Source: Lama guanicoe
Lineage: Eukaryota
Assembly: GCA_013239625.1 (NCBI GenBank)
Contig: MU053933.1
Coordinates: forward strand, 3,525,817-3,587,073
Direction: 5' to 3'
Length of the DNA stretch: 61,257 nucleotides
The first letter of the stretch is position 1, and every line of letters starts with the position of its first letter. Below, piece after piece: positions 49,584 through 61,100 of this stretch. The notes under the pieces are model-generated. The model did no database searches. It was not told where the DNA came from and saw only the letters and a list, made by a program, of their open reading frames with translations. The position numbers and the translations under genes are program-made.

Positions 49584-49970
49584 TGTTGCAGGATGGTTTC
49601 CCCAGAAACAGACGGTGAGATGGAGTTTGGGGCACAAGCTGTTTACCCGGCGTCAACACGTGTGAAGGGAAGAAGGAGGAAGCAGAGTCGGGCAGAGCCA
49701 GTAGAGGGCTACGCCGGCCCAACAACGAAGTTAGTCCGCTGTACTCTGGAGCAAGCGCTTCTGAGCAGAGGCCCCCCGCCTGGGCCCAGTGGCCTGATCT
49801 TTGTCCTCCTGCCTGTTCAGCCCCCCTGGGAGGATCGGCCCGGGACGGTGGCCCTCCGCAGGCAGGTGGGTCCAGCACAGCCCACGGCGGCACCAGGCAG
49901 ATGGCTTCCCGACGCTGGGGACCAGCCCCTCCAGGGCTCGGGGGTGGCGAGCGGTCTCAGTTCAGCTGCA
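49584..49970 (-). mobile_element. LTR16A-like 5' LTR of the ERV-L
   Basis: ggtttccccagaaacagacggtgagatggag...tcaacacgtgtgaagggaagaaggaggaagcagagtcgggcagag resembles recalled LTR16A; abuts the PBS. Confidence 0.75.
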
Positions 49971-50637
49971 CCAAGCCCCCAGGCTCCGGACGTCCGTCTT
50001 GCCCGATGTCTGTCCTTGCCCTTCGCCTGAAATGGCCGCGGACGCGCTTCCGGTCAGTGCCGTGCCTGCCGAGGCTGTTTTAAAAGGCAGACGGGTTAAC
50101 ACATTCGCGGCGCGTCTACGCGGGACGTCGAAGTTGCCCGGGGCGTCCGGCTGCCCCCACAGCGGCGAGAGTCCGCGAGGGAGGCCGCTCGAGCCGGGAG
50201 GACAGCGTGTGGCAGGGCCCCACGGTCCACGCGGACGCGAGGCCAGTGCCCGCTGCCCCTCCGAGGGGCCTGTGGGAACTCCGCGGACGCCAGCCCGCCG
50301 AGGTTCGCTGCCCCAACGCGAGGTGAGGGGCGCCTCGTGGCCGAGACCGCAGCACCGAGGCCACGCTCAGAGCCTACCCGCCCTCGAAACCCCGGTCGCC
50401 GGCGCCGAGCCTCTCGGGAGTGACGCTCTCCCCGTTCTCCCAATAGGAGCCCTGAGCGGCCTCGCCGCGTCCTCGGGACCAATGGGAACTAGCCTCCGGT
50501 GTTGCTGGGCGGGGCCGGGGCTCCCACTCTGCCGGAGACTCGCCGCGCACGCTCACTCCCCTCCCGCCCTTCCTGCCGCGCACGCGCGCTCTGTGTCGGG
50601 CTGGCCAGTAGGTCGGGGACGCGCAGGGTGGGGAAGA

Positions 50638-50691
<54 letters not shown>
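50638..50691. repeat. Perfect (CCGCGC)9 hexamer repeat
   Basis: 54 nt counted directly. Confidence 0.97.
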
Positions 50692-50863
50692 GGGTGTGGA
50701 GCCAACTAGGCCGCGCTGCTGCTCGGCGCCTCGGCTACCCGCGGGCCCATGCGAGTCGCCGGACTGAGAGGAGCGACTTAGCGCCCGCGCCGCCGCCTGG
50801 GCTCGGCCTGTCCCCGGCTCAATCCCGCCCGGCGCAAGCGGCCGGCCGGCCTCCCACAGGGCC

Positions 50864-50954
50864 ATGGCCGAGCGCGGCTGCCCGCTGGAGGCGGTGCCGC
50901 TGCCGCCTGAGGTGCGGGAGAGCCTGGCGGAGCTGGAGCTGGAGCTGTCGGAAG
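50864..50954 (+). CDS. DIP2A: DIP2A exon 1 coding part (start of DMAP1-binding domain)
   Basis: Strong Kozak gccATGG; MAERGCPLEAVPLPPEVRESLAELELELSE; donor AAG|GTGAGC, phase 1; PCNT-DIP2A order matches known mammalian synteny. Confidence 0.95.
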
Positions 50955-50966
50955 GTGAGCGCCCGG

Positions 50967-51135
50967 CCCCTCACACCGCGACCCAGGTCCCCGGAGAGGA
51001 CCCCGCTCGACCCCTCACACCGTGACCCTAACCCCCGGGGAGGACCCACCCCCCAGCCCCTCACACCGGGACCCCGGCACCGGAGGGCACCCCTTCGGGC
51101 TCCTCACACCGCGACCCCGCCCCCAGAGGAGCCCC
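50967..51135. repeat. C-rich minisatellite, 4 degenerate units of ~44 bp
   Basis: Core CCTCACACCGNGACCC in units starting 50967, 51011, 51057, 51100. Confidence 0.85.
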
Positions 51136-54100
51136 GGCCTCAGGGCGCGGCGGGCCCCGCGCTGGGCTGGTGAGGCCGCGGGCGCGGGGTCTGGGCAAGG
51201 ACGGCCGGTTCTGCCGCGGCCTCCTCCCCCACGAGAGCAGGGTCAGGCCCGAAGCGCCCCAGCGTGTGCAGAGTACGGGCCCTCAGAGCGGGCTGCCGCC
51301 GCTTTTAGGGAGTTTTTACAAATTAGGCTTCAGAGTCATTCGGCTTCGGGGGTTGGGCGGCGCCCAGTCCGCGTCAGCGCCCGGAGGACGCGGCGTGGAA
51401 CCCGGCTGTGGTTGTTGGTCATGGGGCCGGCCGTGAAGTCTGGAGGGGAAGCTTCCGAATGTTTACCTGTTCGGAAACTTAAGTACGCTTTCAACTTTTA
51501 GAATCCGTTTCCCCATAGTCTTATTATTCTTTCTTTAAATTCCAGGTTGAGTGTCGGACTGGGGTTGGGCTCGCGGGTTCTTACAGCTGTCGTTCGGGTA
51601 GGTGCGCACAGGTCGCACTAACGTGCTGAAGCCTTGCCAGCTTAGGGGCAGGTGTTTTACAGGTAACGCAACATCTGCTTGCAACTGCCCTGAATTGCAC
51701 GTACAAAATTTTAAAAGCTCTGTGATACATGGCATATTTTTGTAATGGAAGCACAATGGGAAATGGGTGGATTTAAGAGTTGGTGACTAGACGCTTTTGG
51801 GAACCTGAAGAACTCAAATTTAGGGAAGATTCTGACAAGAGCAATGATCCTGGGTTTGTACAGCCCTCATCTAGAGAAAAGCAAGTAGACACAGTTTACA
51901 TTTGACACATTTCAGATGTGTCTTTGTAGATTGCTCCTAATTTCTGCTCCAGTGTGTTTGCTATTCCCTCAATTCCTTGTTTTGTTGTTGTATGTTTGAG
52001 TTCTTTCTAGACATTGATGGTTAAATGAGATCAAGTCCTTTCCTCAAAGAACTTCATAATTTGTGTGACGGAACACACGTAAAGACTGGCACTTCAGCAA
52101 AAGAAATGCTTCTTATCTATTGAATCGTTTATGCTGTTGTCATTTTAGACATATGTAGAGGATGTACAGATGTGTAAACGGTGTGGGACTATATGTAGGT
52201 GGACAAGAACCTGGAAACGCAGCCTGAGCTGAGGAAGGAGGTGAACTCAGTGTTGAAGGGAGGGGACAGCCAAGGAGGTCATAGCTCTGGCCTCTGGCCG
52301 CCTCCTGGATTGGCCCAACACCTTTCTTTTGGCCCAAACAGGTCAGCGATTACTTGGGCATAATCATACTTGGCTTTGGTCCCAGGGTGCTTCCACACCC
52401 TTGATGTTGGCTGCTTCAGCTTTTGTTGTGGTTGTAGCTGACTTGGGCCTCCCCGCTGGACTTGGAGATGCTTTGCCATAGGGACTTTGTCTTAGGCAGG
52501 TTTTTGGCATCTTCGCACAGTTCCATGTGGTAAGTGCCCATGAATCTCCACTGAATTATAACATTTCTGAACTTGGGTTTGGTCAGCTGTAAAAGGAGGT
52601 GAACACCAGCCTTACTGACATCCCACAGTTCTTGTGAAGATTCAGATAGTATATGTGAAAGTGCCTTGAAACTGGTAAGGTTTTAAAGGAATTAACGGTT
52701 AAAGGAAGATTTTTGTTTTGTTTTGTTTTTGTTTGTTTTTTTTTCAGCCTTATTGGTTGCAAGGCCTCCAAAAATTTTGCAAAAGGAAGATGTTTTTAAT
52801 GAAACATAGTCCCAAAGCAACCGCATTTAGTTTCATCGTCACGATCATTTTTACATTTCGACCATGTAGAAGTAGAAAGTGGGACTCTTTGCTCTGTGTG
52901 CTGTCTGTCCCCTCCCCCTTTGTGGGGAAGGGGATGAATTTCTAATTCAGAATAAAGTAATGTCAAAATAGGATGCCTTCACAGCACTCACATTTGTCTG
53001 AGCGAGAAGTTGCTTAAAACTTAGAGACGACACTGTGCTAGGCAGATTGGAGGGGAAAGCAAACAACACAGACAGAATGCTGCCTACGTGGAGACAGATA
53101 ATCAGTCTTCAATACCTGGGTAACTGAGAATCCTGCACGACCTCCCCTCAGCTGTACCCAGGTACGCCCCTGCCTTTACTCATAACTCACACGTGGACTT
53201 GTTCTCCAGCATCCTCACTGGATTCTCCCCGGTCATTGAAATTGGGGCTCGCCCTCAGGGAAGGTTCTGGTTTTAGACTACACTGATTTCTCCCCACAGG
53301 GCAGGCTTGTTGACTTTCTGGTATGGATTCCCTAGGGGGAAATAAAGCACAGCTGTGATTTTTTTTTTCCTGACTTTTCCTGGCTGTTTCACCCTTCTTG
53401 ACTTAGGAGTCTCCTTCAAATTTAGATGAGGATGAAAGGTGGAGCAGAACCTCACTCTTCTTAGAAGTCCCCCACCCCCACCTCCATGAAAATATTCAGA
53501 AGGATTCACATATGTGGCTCCTCAAAGTATATTAAAATGCCTGTGGATGGAAATGAGGTTATTAGAGGTATAATCTTCTTTTTTTTTTTTAAAAAAAAAA
53601 GATTCCTAAACACTTGTGCTTTGCCAGTTATTGTATGAAATGACCTTCGACTGATTTCAGTACTGGACAGTATCTTGGGGTTGTTGCTACTGAACGGTTT
53701 TAAAAACGAGGAGGACGGTATAAAGTTTGTTCTTTGTTTCAGGGGTCTACAGAAGTTTAGAGAGGAAGTTCTTACACAATAGGTTACATTTGTCTCACTC
53801 CTGTTTTTTCATCCTGGTTAATAGGTCTATTCCCTAGCTTTAACTTTAGTCTGTTTCTTGTTTTCCTGCATTCTCATAGTGCAGGGATCCCAGCCTGGAT
53901 GGAGTCAGCCCAAAGAGGAGGAGCTCTGTCTATGGATGTAGAGGAAGGGGCTTCTTCCTTCTTTCTTTCACAAAGCCTTTTTCCTCTTCAAATGGCTTTA
54001 ATTTCTAAAATCTGTCATGTAATTCTTAGCTTTCAGAATGACAGACTGATGTTGCCTTCACATCAATAGACGTTTGTTATGCTTCTGAAATACTTTGTGG

Positions 54101-54544
54101 TATACTGAAGTGCTCATGTCCAAATTCCGTTCACCTGTCAAAGCCCAGCCCAAATGTCTTCTCATTGTGACACTTTCCTGATCACCTCTGATGTGGCTCC
54201 TTTCCCGGAATTCTCATCAAATTTGCCTCATCTTTTGGAGTTCTTGCCACTTTTTGGTTTTTGTGTTTCTTATTTGTATGTATTCATTCATTCAGTAATT
54301 GCTGATACCTGCTGGGTGCTTGGTCATGTTTTGGCTGTCAGTGGTCAGGTTTAGCTTTGTTTCTCCAGTGGTCATAAGGCTTTGCACAATATTGCATTAA
54401 AATAGTGATGCAGACACACATTGCAGAGAAATGAAGCAGTTCAAAGGAAATGTTGGATGGAGTGAGCCTCCCTCGTACCCCTAGCCTCTCCCCAAAGGTA
54501 GCCTCTGTTATCCATTTCTTGTATTTCCTTCCAGAAGCAATCTG

Positions 54545-55879
54545 CCCTGGTTCCCAAACTGTGTTCACACACCTCTCAGGAGTCCCTAAGACTCTTGCTG
54601 GGGGCCTATGAAGGAAGATGTCATTTTTGTTTTCCGTTTGTACTGATGGTGCAGAAGCAATGGTGAGTAAAACTGCTGGTGCCTTGGTGCGAACTGTAGC
54701 AGGGGCCCCAAACCACACTGAAGTCATTGCATTCTTCATCACCTCCCTGCTCACAGTAAAATCAGTGCCACTCTGACTTAGACATGTCCTTCCTTGCTGA
54801 AGCAGGGACAGTTGGTTTAAATCTCAACCGCGAGTACTGTTTTAGTCTCTTAGTGAGGAACGGGAGGTGACTAAAGCATGTCTGCCGCACTGAGCGGGCC
54901 AGGCCTCTGTGAGGAGCAGCGGTTGTGCAGTTTGAGCTGCAGAACAAACTGGCTGCTTTTGCTGTGGAGCATGATTTTTAGTTGAAAAAAATGAGTGGCA
55001 GACAAACTGCAATTATTCAGAATGGGTATTTGGCGGACATTTTCTGAAAAATAAATGAAGAACAACTGTCATAAATTTATACTTTCAAGCAAAAATTTTA
55101 AAATTTAAAATTTGTATGTGCTACCATGAGCTTGACAGCTTCTCAGTCCTTAAGGACTTCTTTGATGGGTTCAGTGGCAAAGTTAATGAACGTGAGTTAC
55201 TAATGCTATTTAATGAAATGTGTTGACATTTGGAAGATTTGCAGAATTCTGTGAACCAGTATTTTCCAAATGATCGGTGCATCATGTTACAAATTCACAC
55301 ATAGGTGAAGGATCCATTCAAAGTAGACCAGTGGGTTGCAGTGTATCAGCAGGAAAAGTTCATTGATAAGGTTTTAGATTCTATGTTGCAACTGTTGTTT
55401 AAGAAACTACCACTTGCCTCATTTTGGTGTGGTATCAAAGAAGAATGTCCACAACGATCTGAAGAAGCTACTGAAATACTCCCCCCTTTTCCAAGCCATG
55501 TGTGTGTGTGAGAGACTGGATTTGCTTCATAAACTGCAACCCCACATTCTGCAGCCCACTGAATGCTGATGTGGGTACGAGAACTAAGAGAGTGCAGTTG
55601 TCATCTGCGAAGCCAGGTATTAAAGAGGCTTGTAAAAGTAAAGCAATACCTGTGCTCAGTAAATGCTGTGGAAATCTATTAATTTTTATTTAAAATATCT
55701 TTATGTTAACATGGTAGGTTTATTATAAATTTTTAAAAATTAATTATTAAATTAAAAAAATTTTCACAGTTTTTATTTCTAATATGATAAACATTGATAG
55801 CTCACAAACAAAAGCTCCATGGGGTTTTTAGTAATTTCTAAGAGTGTGTTCTTGAATCCAAAACCTTTGAGAGCTGCTA
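54545..55879 (+). mobile_element. hAT DNA transposon fossil (Charlie1-like)
   Basis: TIR-like ends tggttcccaaactgtg / tttgagagctgct; hAT dimerisation-domain remnant FKKLPLASFWCGIKEECPQRSEEATEILPPFPS at ~55400-55500. Confidence 0.82.
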
Positions 55880-57272
55880 GGCCATGTAACACTGACAAAG
55901 ACCTAGGTGTCATCATGTATTTCTTATACTTTTTATAACATTTTTAAAAGCTGTTGTCTGGTGGAACATGACTTCTGTTTATATTTGTCAGGGCAATCAG
56001 ATATTTCAGCTTAAAAAACATATGTTTGAAAATCATTAAAAATTATACTTACTGACTAGCTGGCTGGTGGTCAGGGTTCCCCCGGTTCTGTGCAGCAGAT
56101 CTGCTGTTTCTCTCTTTAGTGTTTACTGAACTTGGGGTCAGAAACCTTGGATGTGAGTCCCTTTATTAGTTCATTAGTTTTGGGCTGGAATCTGTTTTGG
56201 GTTCTATTTTGTTCTCTGTGGCTGGGAGCTTGGCATTCAGTGGCACTTTGGGGTTGGTGTCTACATTGGATACTTGAAAATACGGTAACGGGTTACACAT
56301 TGAAATCTGTAGCTGGTTATGTTCAACTAGTTCAGACAGCTTTCAGGGTATCATGAGCACCAAATAGGGAGTTAGAACTTTTCCTTTCGGAAGGCTCTTT
56401 GGTGCCTTCACCATGTAATCATTCATTTGAAATGGGGACATAAGAAGACACTGTTTCTAGGAAATGAATACTTAATTTTTAAATATCCTGCAAAATCAAA
56501 TGCTCTGCTTTTAAATAGGATTTTATCTGTTTTAGTGTATTGTAGCAATATTAAGTTTTGATTTATTTGTCTTAATTACATATTTTCATATATTCCAAAG
56601 GAACATAAATTTTTTTTAGTAGATATTGTTTCAAAAAACACATGTACTTTAAAGTTGTTCACAAGTTGAAACTCATTAAGCAAAATCATAAATCATATCC
56701 TGGATCCGATTGGGGTCTATGAGTGTCTACTGAGTGTCTAAAGAGGACAACACAGTCCAAGGGCCACTGCCGCCAGCAGGGGCTTAGGTGTGCTCATTGC
56801 ATCATAGATGGGATGGTGATAAACACGAAGCGCTTGGCGAAAAAGATTGTCAATGGAGTGAGATTTATTATATAAGGTCATTCAGGTAAAGTCAAAATAT
56901 GTGGACACAAAGCAGGCATACGTTCTACAGAACACATTCGAATTAAAACGCACTCAGTGCAATAGAATAGTTTCCTGTGGAGTGGGGGTGGGGGTAAGGC
57001 GAGGAGAGGGATAGATCAGAGTGTTGGGGAGGTGAAGAGCAGCTCTGTGGGGAGGGGCCCAGCTGAATACTCAGTTGTCCGAGCAGAGGCTCTCTGCAGA
57101 GGGCAGGGCACAACCTAGTGATTCCCTGACCTCAGGCTGGCCTTCTGTAGAGGGTTAATGTCTACCTGGAGGCTTAATCTAGATGTTAGACATTCAGAAG
57201 TGTTGATCTTTGGAAAACAAATCAAGAGTTTATTTGGAGGAAATCCTTAGTGAGACACTCAGGAAGCGGCAG

Positions 57273-57334
57273 CAGCAGCCTGGCCTCACCACTTGGCTTC
57301 CAGTTCCCAGCAGCCTGGCCTCACCACTTGGCTT
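57273..57334. repeat. 27-bp perfect direct repeat with 8-bp spacer
   Basis: CAGCAGCCTGGCCTCACCACTTGGCTT at 57273-57299 and 57308-57334. Confidence 0.95.
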
Positions 57335-57676
57335 GTTTGTTTGGGGAGGATGGGGGGTCAGGGGATGAGGGGGTGCCTAGAGGGCTTGCAAAACACTAAA
57401 AGCTTTCTGTTGAAAACAGTTCACCTGAAGAACAAGGTAATAGCAGAAATTGTAATATATATTTCCAGTCAAAGTAAAATCTTTAAAAGGTGCCAGAACC
57501 ACCCTGAGCACTTTGAGTTCTGTCTCGGAAACCAACTGGTGCGCTTATATTGGGGAAGTGTTTCCGTGCAGACACATTTCCTGTCTTGTTCCTGGGTGCT
57601 TTAATTCTTTTTCTGGCTGCTTGTCTTTATGGTAATCTATTAGATGGGCAGTCTTGGCCCAGGGACGCCCTTACAC

Positions 57677-57810
57677 CAGTACTTCCACAGCTGGAAACCT
57701 GCACAGGGTCACCTGGGGATCTTGGTAAAATGAGGATTTGGATTGTCTCAGTCTAGGGAATGGCCTCAGGGTCTGTAGTTCCGACCGGCTCCTGGGGGAT
57801 GGTGATCTCA
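57677..57810. mobile_element. MER5A-like MITE
   Basis: gggtcacctggggatcttggtaaaatgaggatt...cagtctagggaatggcctcagggtctg. Confidence 0.65.
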
Positions 57811-58250
57811 GTTTTTGAAAATTGAAGTATTGTTTACACACAGTAGGCTCCACACTTTCTGGTTGTAGTTTTGTGTTTTTGACAAGCACAGAGGCCATGG
57901 AACCACCACCACAGTCAGAGTATAGAACAGTGTGATTGGCCCCCAGAACCCCCCGTCCCCCCTGTAGTCAACCTTCCCTCCTCCCACCCCTGGCAACTAC
58001 TGTCTGCTCTCTGTCCCTATAATTTTATCTTTTCCAGAAGGTCATGTAAATGGAATCATTCAGTGTGTAGCCTTTTGAGCCTGGCTTTTTCACTTAGAGT
58101 GTAAACCCTATCCAAATGTTGTGTCAATAGTTTCGTTTTCCTGCCAAATAGCATTCCACTGTGTGGATGCATCGGGCTTAGTCTGTCCAACCACCAGTTG
58201 GAGGACCTAAGTGTTTCCAGTTTTTCCATTATGAATGAATTTTTCATTCA
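57811..58250 (-). mobile_element. Old L1 3' end fragment
   Basis: cccctggcaactactgtctgctctctgtccctataatttt...gtaaatggaatcattcagtgtgtagccttttg. Confidence 0.75.
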
Positions 58251-58304
58251 AAAATTTTGGAACTTTAAGAGAAATATAAGTCCATTTTTCCATTGTTGTT
58301 TCAG

Positions 58305-58376
58305 GTGACATCACTCAGAAAGGGTATGAGAAGAAAAGGGCAAAGCTGCTTGCACGCTGTGTGCCGCTCGCTCAAG
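58305..58376 (+). CDS. DIP2A: DIP2A exon 2 (72 nt)
   Basis: Acceptor ttgttgtttcag|GT; GDITQKGYEKKRAKLLARCVPLAQ; donor AAG|GTAAGG; phase 1-1; gene continues beyond the window. Confidence 0.95.
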
Positions 58377-58599
58377 GTAAGGCCAGCGCACAATCCTGAA
58401 ACTGATTGAGAAGTTTGACATTGGTCTGCTTCATATTTTATTAAGGAGGTATGGGCAAATAGTGTATCTAATACTAACTTATAAAATCCAAAGGCATAGA
58501 TTACAATTTATAGCTCTGGCTTTGTATAGATTTCATTCCCAAATAGGATTTATTTTATTTTTATGATCGTAGACCGTGATTATTTTATGATTTTAGTGA

Positions 58600-60130
58600 G
58601 GAGCATTCCTTGCTCCTGGATCAAATATGACGAAGATGTCAGTTCTTCCCCCTGAGACTGCTACACAGGGTCAGAACATTCAGTGTTTCAACAGAGGTTC
58701 CTGGATGGAATTTCACAAGCTAATTTTAACATTTATATTGAAGTTTAAAGGGCCAAGGAATTCAAAATATGATTTAAAAAAGAAGAACGAAGTGGGAGGA
58801 TTTGCCGATTAGGGTGTGAAGAGTTATCGAGCCTTCGTCACGAAGACAGCCTGGTTTGGCAAGGGATCGACAGCTGGATAGCAGAGCAGAACATGGAGCC
58901 CCCAGTGCTGGCACAGCTCCTTGTCCACATGTGAGACACACGACACCGGACACAAATCGGTTCCAGGCGTAGGGAAGGCCTAAAGGTGAAAGGCAAAACT
59001 GTAACACCTTTGGAAGATCATACTGGAAGACTGTCACCATCTCTAAGGTGATCCTCTGGGAAGGATTTCTTAAGTCCCTAAAGATAGCAAAAAGCAGCAA
59101 CCATAAAGGAAAAGATTGGTAAACTGGAGTGTGTTAAAAGTAAGAGTTTTGTTTTATCAAAAGTCACCATGAAGAGATTAAAGGCTAGCCGCAGAGTGGG
59201 AGGAGATTATCATTAACACACATAACAGAAAAAGGACTGGTGTCCAGATCCTGTAAAGCAGCACCGTCCAACAGAGCCTTTCTCGATAAAGGGGATGGTC
59301 TGCAGCTACGTTGTCCAGTACACTGTTCACACTGACCACTTGCCACGTGTGGCTATGGAGCACCTGGGATGTGGTAGTGGGACTGAGACACTGGACTTAT
59401 AATTTAATTTTAACTAGTTTAATCTAAGTAGCCAGAAAGTCCCCCAACATGATTTAAAGCAAAGCCCAGTGGAAAAATGGGTGAAGACCTGAGTAAGTAT
59501 TTATTAGAGGAAACCCTAGAAGTCAGCAAGCAAATGAAAAGATGTGTACCTACCCTCGGTAGTAGTTAGAGAGATGCCAGCTAAACCGAGACTCACCTTG
59601 GGTTGCTGGCAGGCTTCAAGCTGGGTGAGCACAGTATGGGGCTGGCAGAGCAGTGGAACTGCAGGGCGGCCAGTAGCTCCCCTTCAGGAACAGCATGCCC
59701 TTGAGAGACACCGGGTGTCCACACGTGGTCCTGGTTCTGCGCACAAAATTCATTTTCCCCTCAACTGCCAAGTCCTTAAACATCAGCAGAAGGCATACCT
59801 GTGTCAGCAAGGATGAGCCCCCTAATGGGAATGACAGAAACGGTTACATGGAATATGGCCATGGAAAACTAAAGAGCATGTGAAAGGCACCACATGGGAG
59901 CCTTTCATAACTGGTAGAAAAAGACAGGGAGGGAAGTGCCTTCCCCGAAGTGGGCACACATTCTGTGTGGGTGCCACTGGAGGGGCCACAGGCAATGCTA
60001 GGGCACTTGAGTGTTTATTTCTTAACTGGTGCAGTTGTTACCTTGATTTATTTTTCTGTATAATAATTCTTAAACTGAGTATAGGCTTTGTTCTGCCTGT
60101 ATCGGTGTGATACATTTTATAACACATCAA
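58600..60130 (+). mobile_element. Old sense L1 fragments with a nested MER3-like MITE (~59265-59435)
   Basis: ORF2-like FHKLILTFILKFKGPRNSKYDLKKKNEVGG; MER3-like ccacgtgtggctatggagcacctgggatgtggtagtgggactgag. Confidence 0.7.
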
Positions 60131-60544
60131 TAACAAGAATGCTGAGGAAGCTTCATATGTACGGCCATTCATTCATCCAAAATAAAACAAAAACAGACTC
60201 AGAGTAAAATTGAGGGACCCTACTAAAAAACATCTTAATGCCCATTTGCATGACACCAACAGCAGCCGTCCAAGGAGGGTGGGAGGGCCCACAGTGTGCC
60301 CTCAGGCACTCTGCTCAGGTGGCCACTGCCAGTGCATTGCAGTGAGCTGGCCAGTGGACGCAGGACCGACATGCTCACTCACAGGTAGTATTATTTCATA
60401 CCTTGAAAACCTAAGTGACTGCTTACTTAACTATCAGAATTAGTAAGAGTTTTGGTTTGACAGAAGATAAAATGCAAGAATCAATAGCTTTTCTCTGGCA
60501 GTGTTTCTGTTTTGTTTTGTTTTGTTGATTAACAAATGTCAATA

Positions 60545-61100
60545 TTTTATTTTAATTAATTAATTAATTAATTTATAACAGACTTTATTCTTTTAGAGCA
60601 GTTTTCAGGTTCACGATAGAATTGAGCAGAAAATACAGAGTTCCCACATAGCCCTCCCCACCCACACATATATACTCCCCTGCCCTCAGCATCCCTCATC
60701 ACTGTGGCATATTTGGTACAATCGATGAACCAGCATGGGCACATTATTATCAACCAAAGTCCATGGTTTACATTAGGGTTTACTCTTGATGTACATTCTA
60801 TGAGTTTTGACAAATGCATAATGACATGTAGCCACCACTATAGTATCATACAGAATAATTTCATTGCCCTAAAAATCCCCTGTGCTCTGTCTATTCATTC
60901 CTCCCTCCCTCCCTCCCTCTCTCCAAACCCCTGGAAACCATGATCTTTTTATTGTTTCTGTAGCTGTGCCTTTTCCAGAATGTCATTTGGTTGCAATTGT
61001 ACAGTTTGTAGCCTTTTCAGACTGGCTTCTTTCATTTAGTAATATGTCTTCTAAATTTCTTCTATGTCTTTCATGTCTTGCTAGATCATTTTTTTTAACT
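60545..61100 (-). mobile_element. L1M 3' end with (TTAA)n tail remnant
   Basis: tttagagcagttttcaggttcacgatagaattgagcagaaaatacagagttccc...gatgtacattctatgagttttgacaaatg. Confidence 0.8.

Larger units (their letters stand above)
49850..51450. promoter_or_regulatory. CpG island / DIP2A promoter
   Basis: Very high GC and CpG density around exon 1; CCAAT at 50440-50444 and 50479-50483; GC box GGGCGG at 50507-50512; TGACG at 50421-50425; no TATA seen. Confidence 0.9.

Noticed and set aside
50967..51135. Repeat-spacer pattern resembling CRISPR (also 57273-57334)
   Set aside because: Mammalian locus, spacers related to one another or only two copies, and no cas genes
49801..51501. 160-300 aa Pro/Arg/Ala-rich ORFs around the DIP2A promoter
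   Set aside because: Expected stop depletion in a CpG island; mostly non-ATG starts; no recognisable domain
55305..55511. hAT dimerisation-domain ORF as a ZBED-like domesticated gene
   Set aside because: 68-aa fragment inside an internally deleted, degenerate Charlie element
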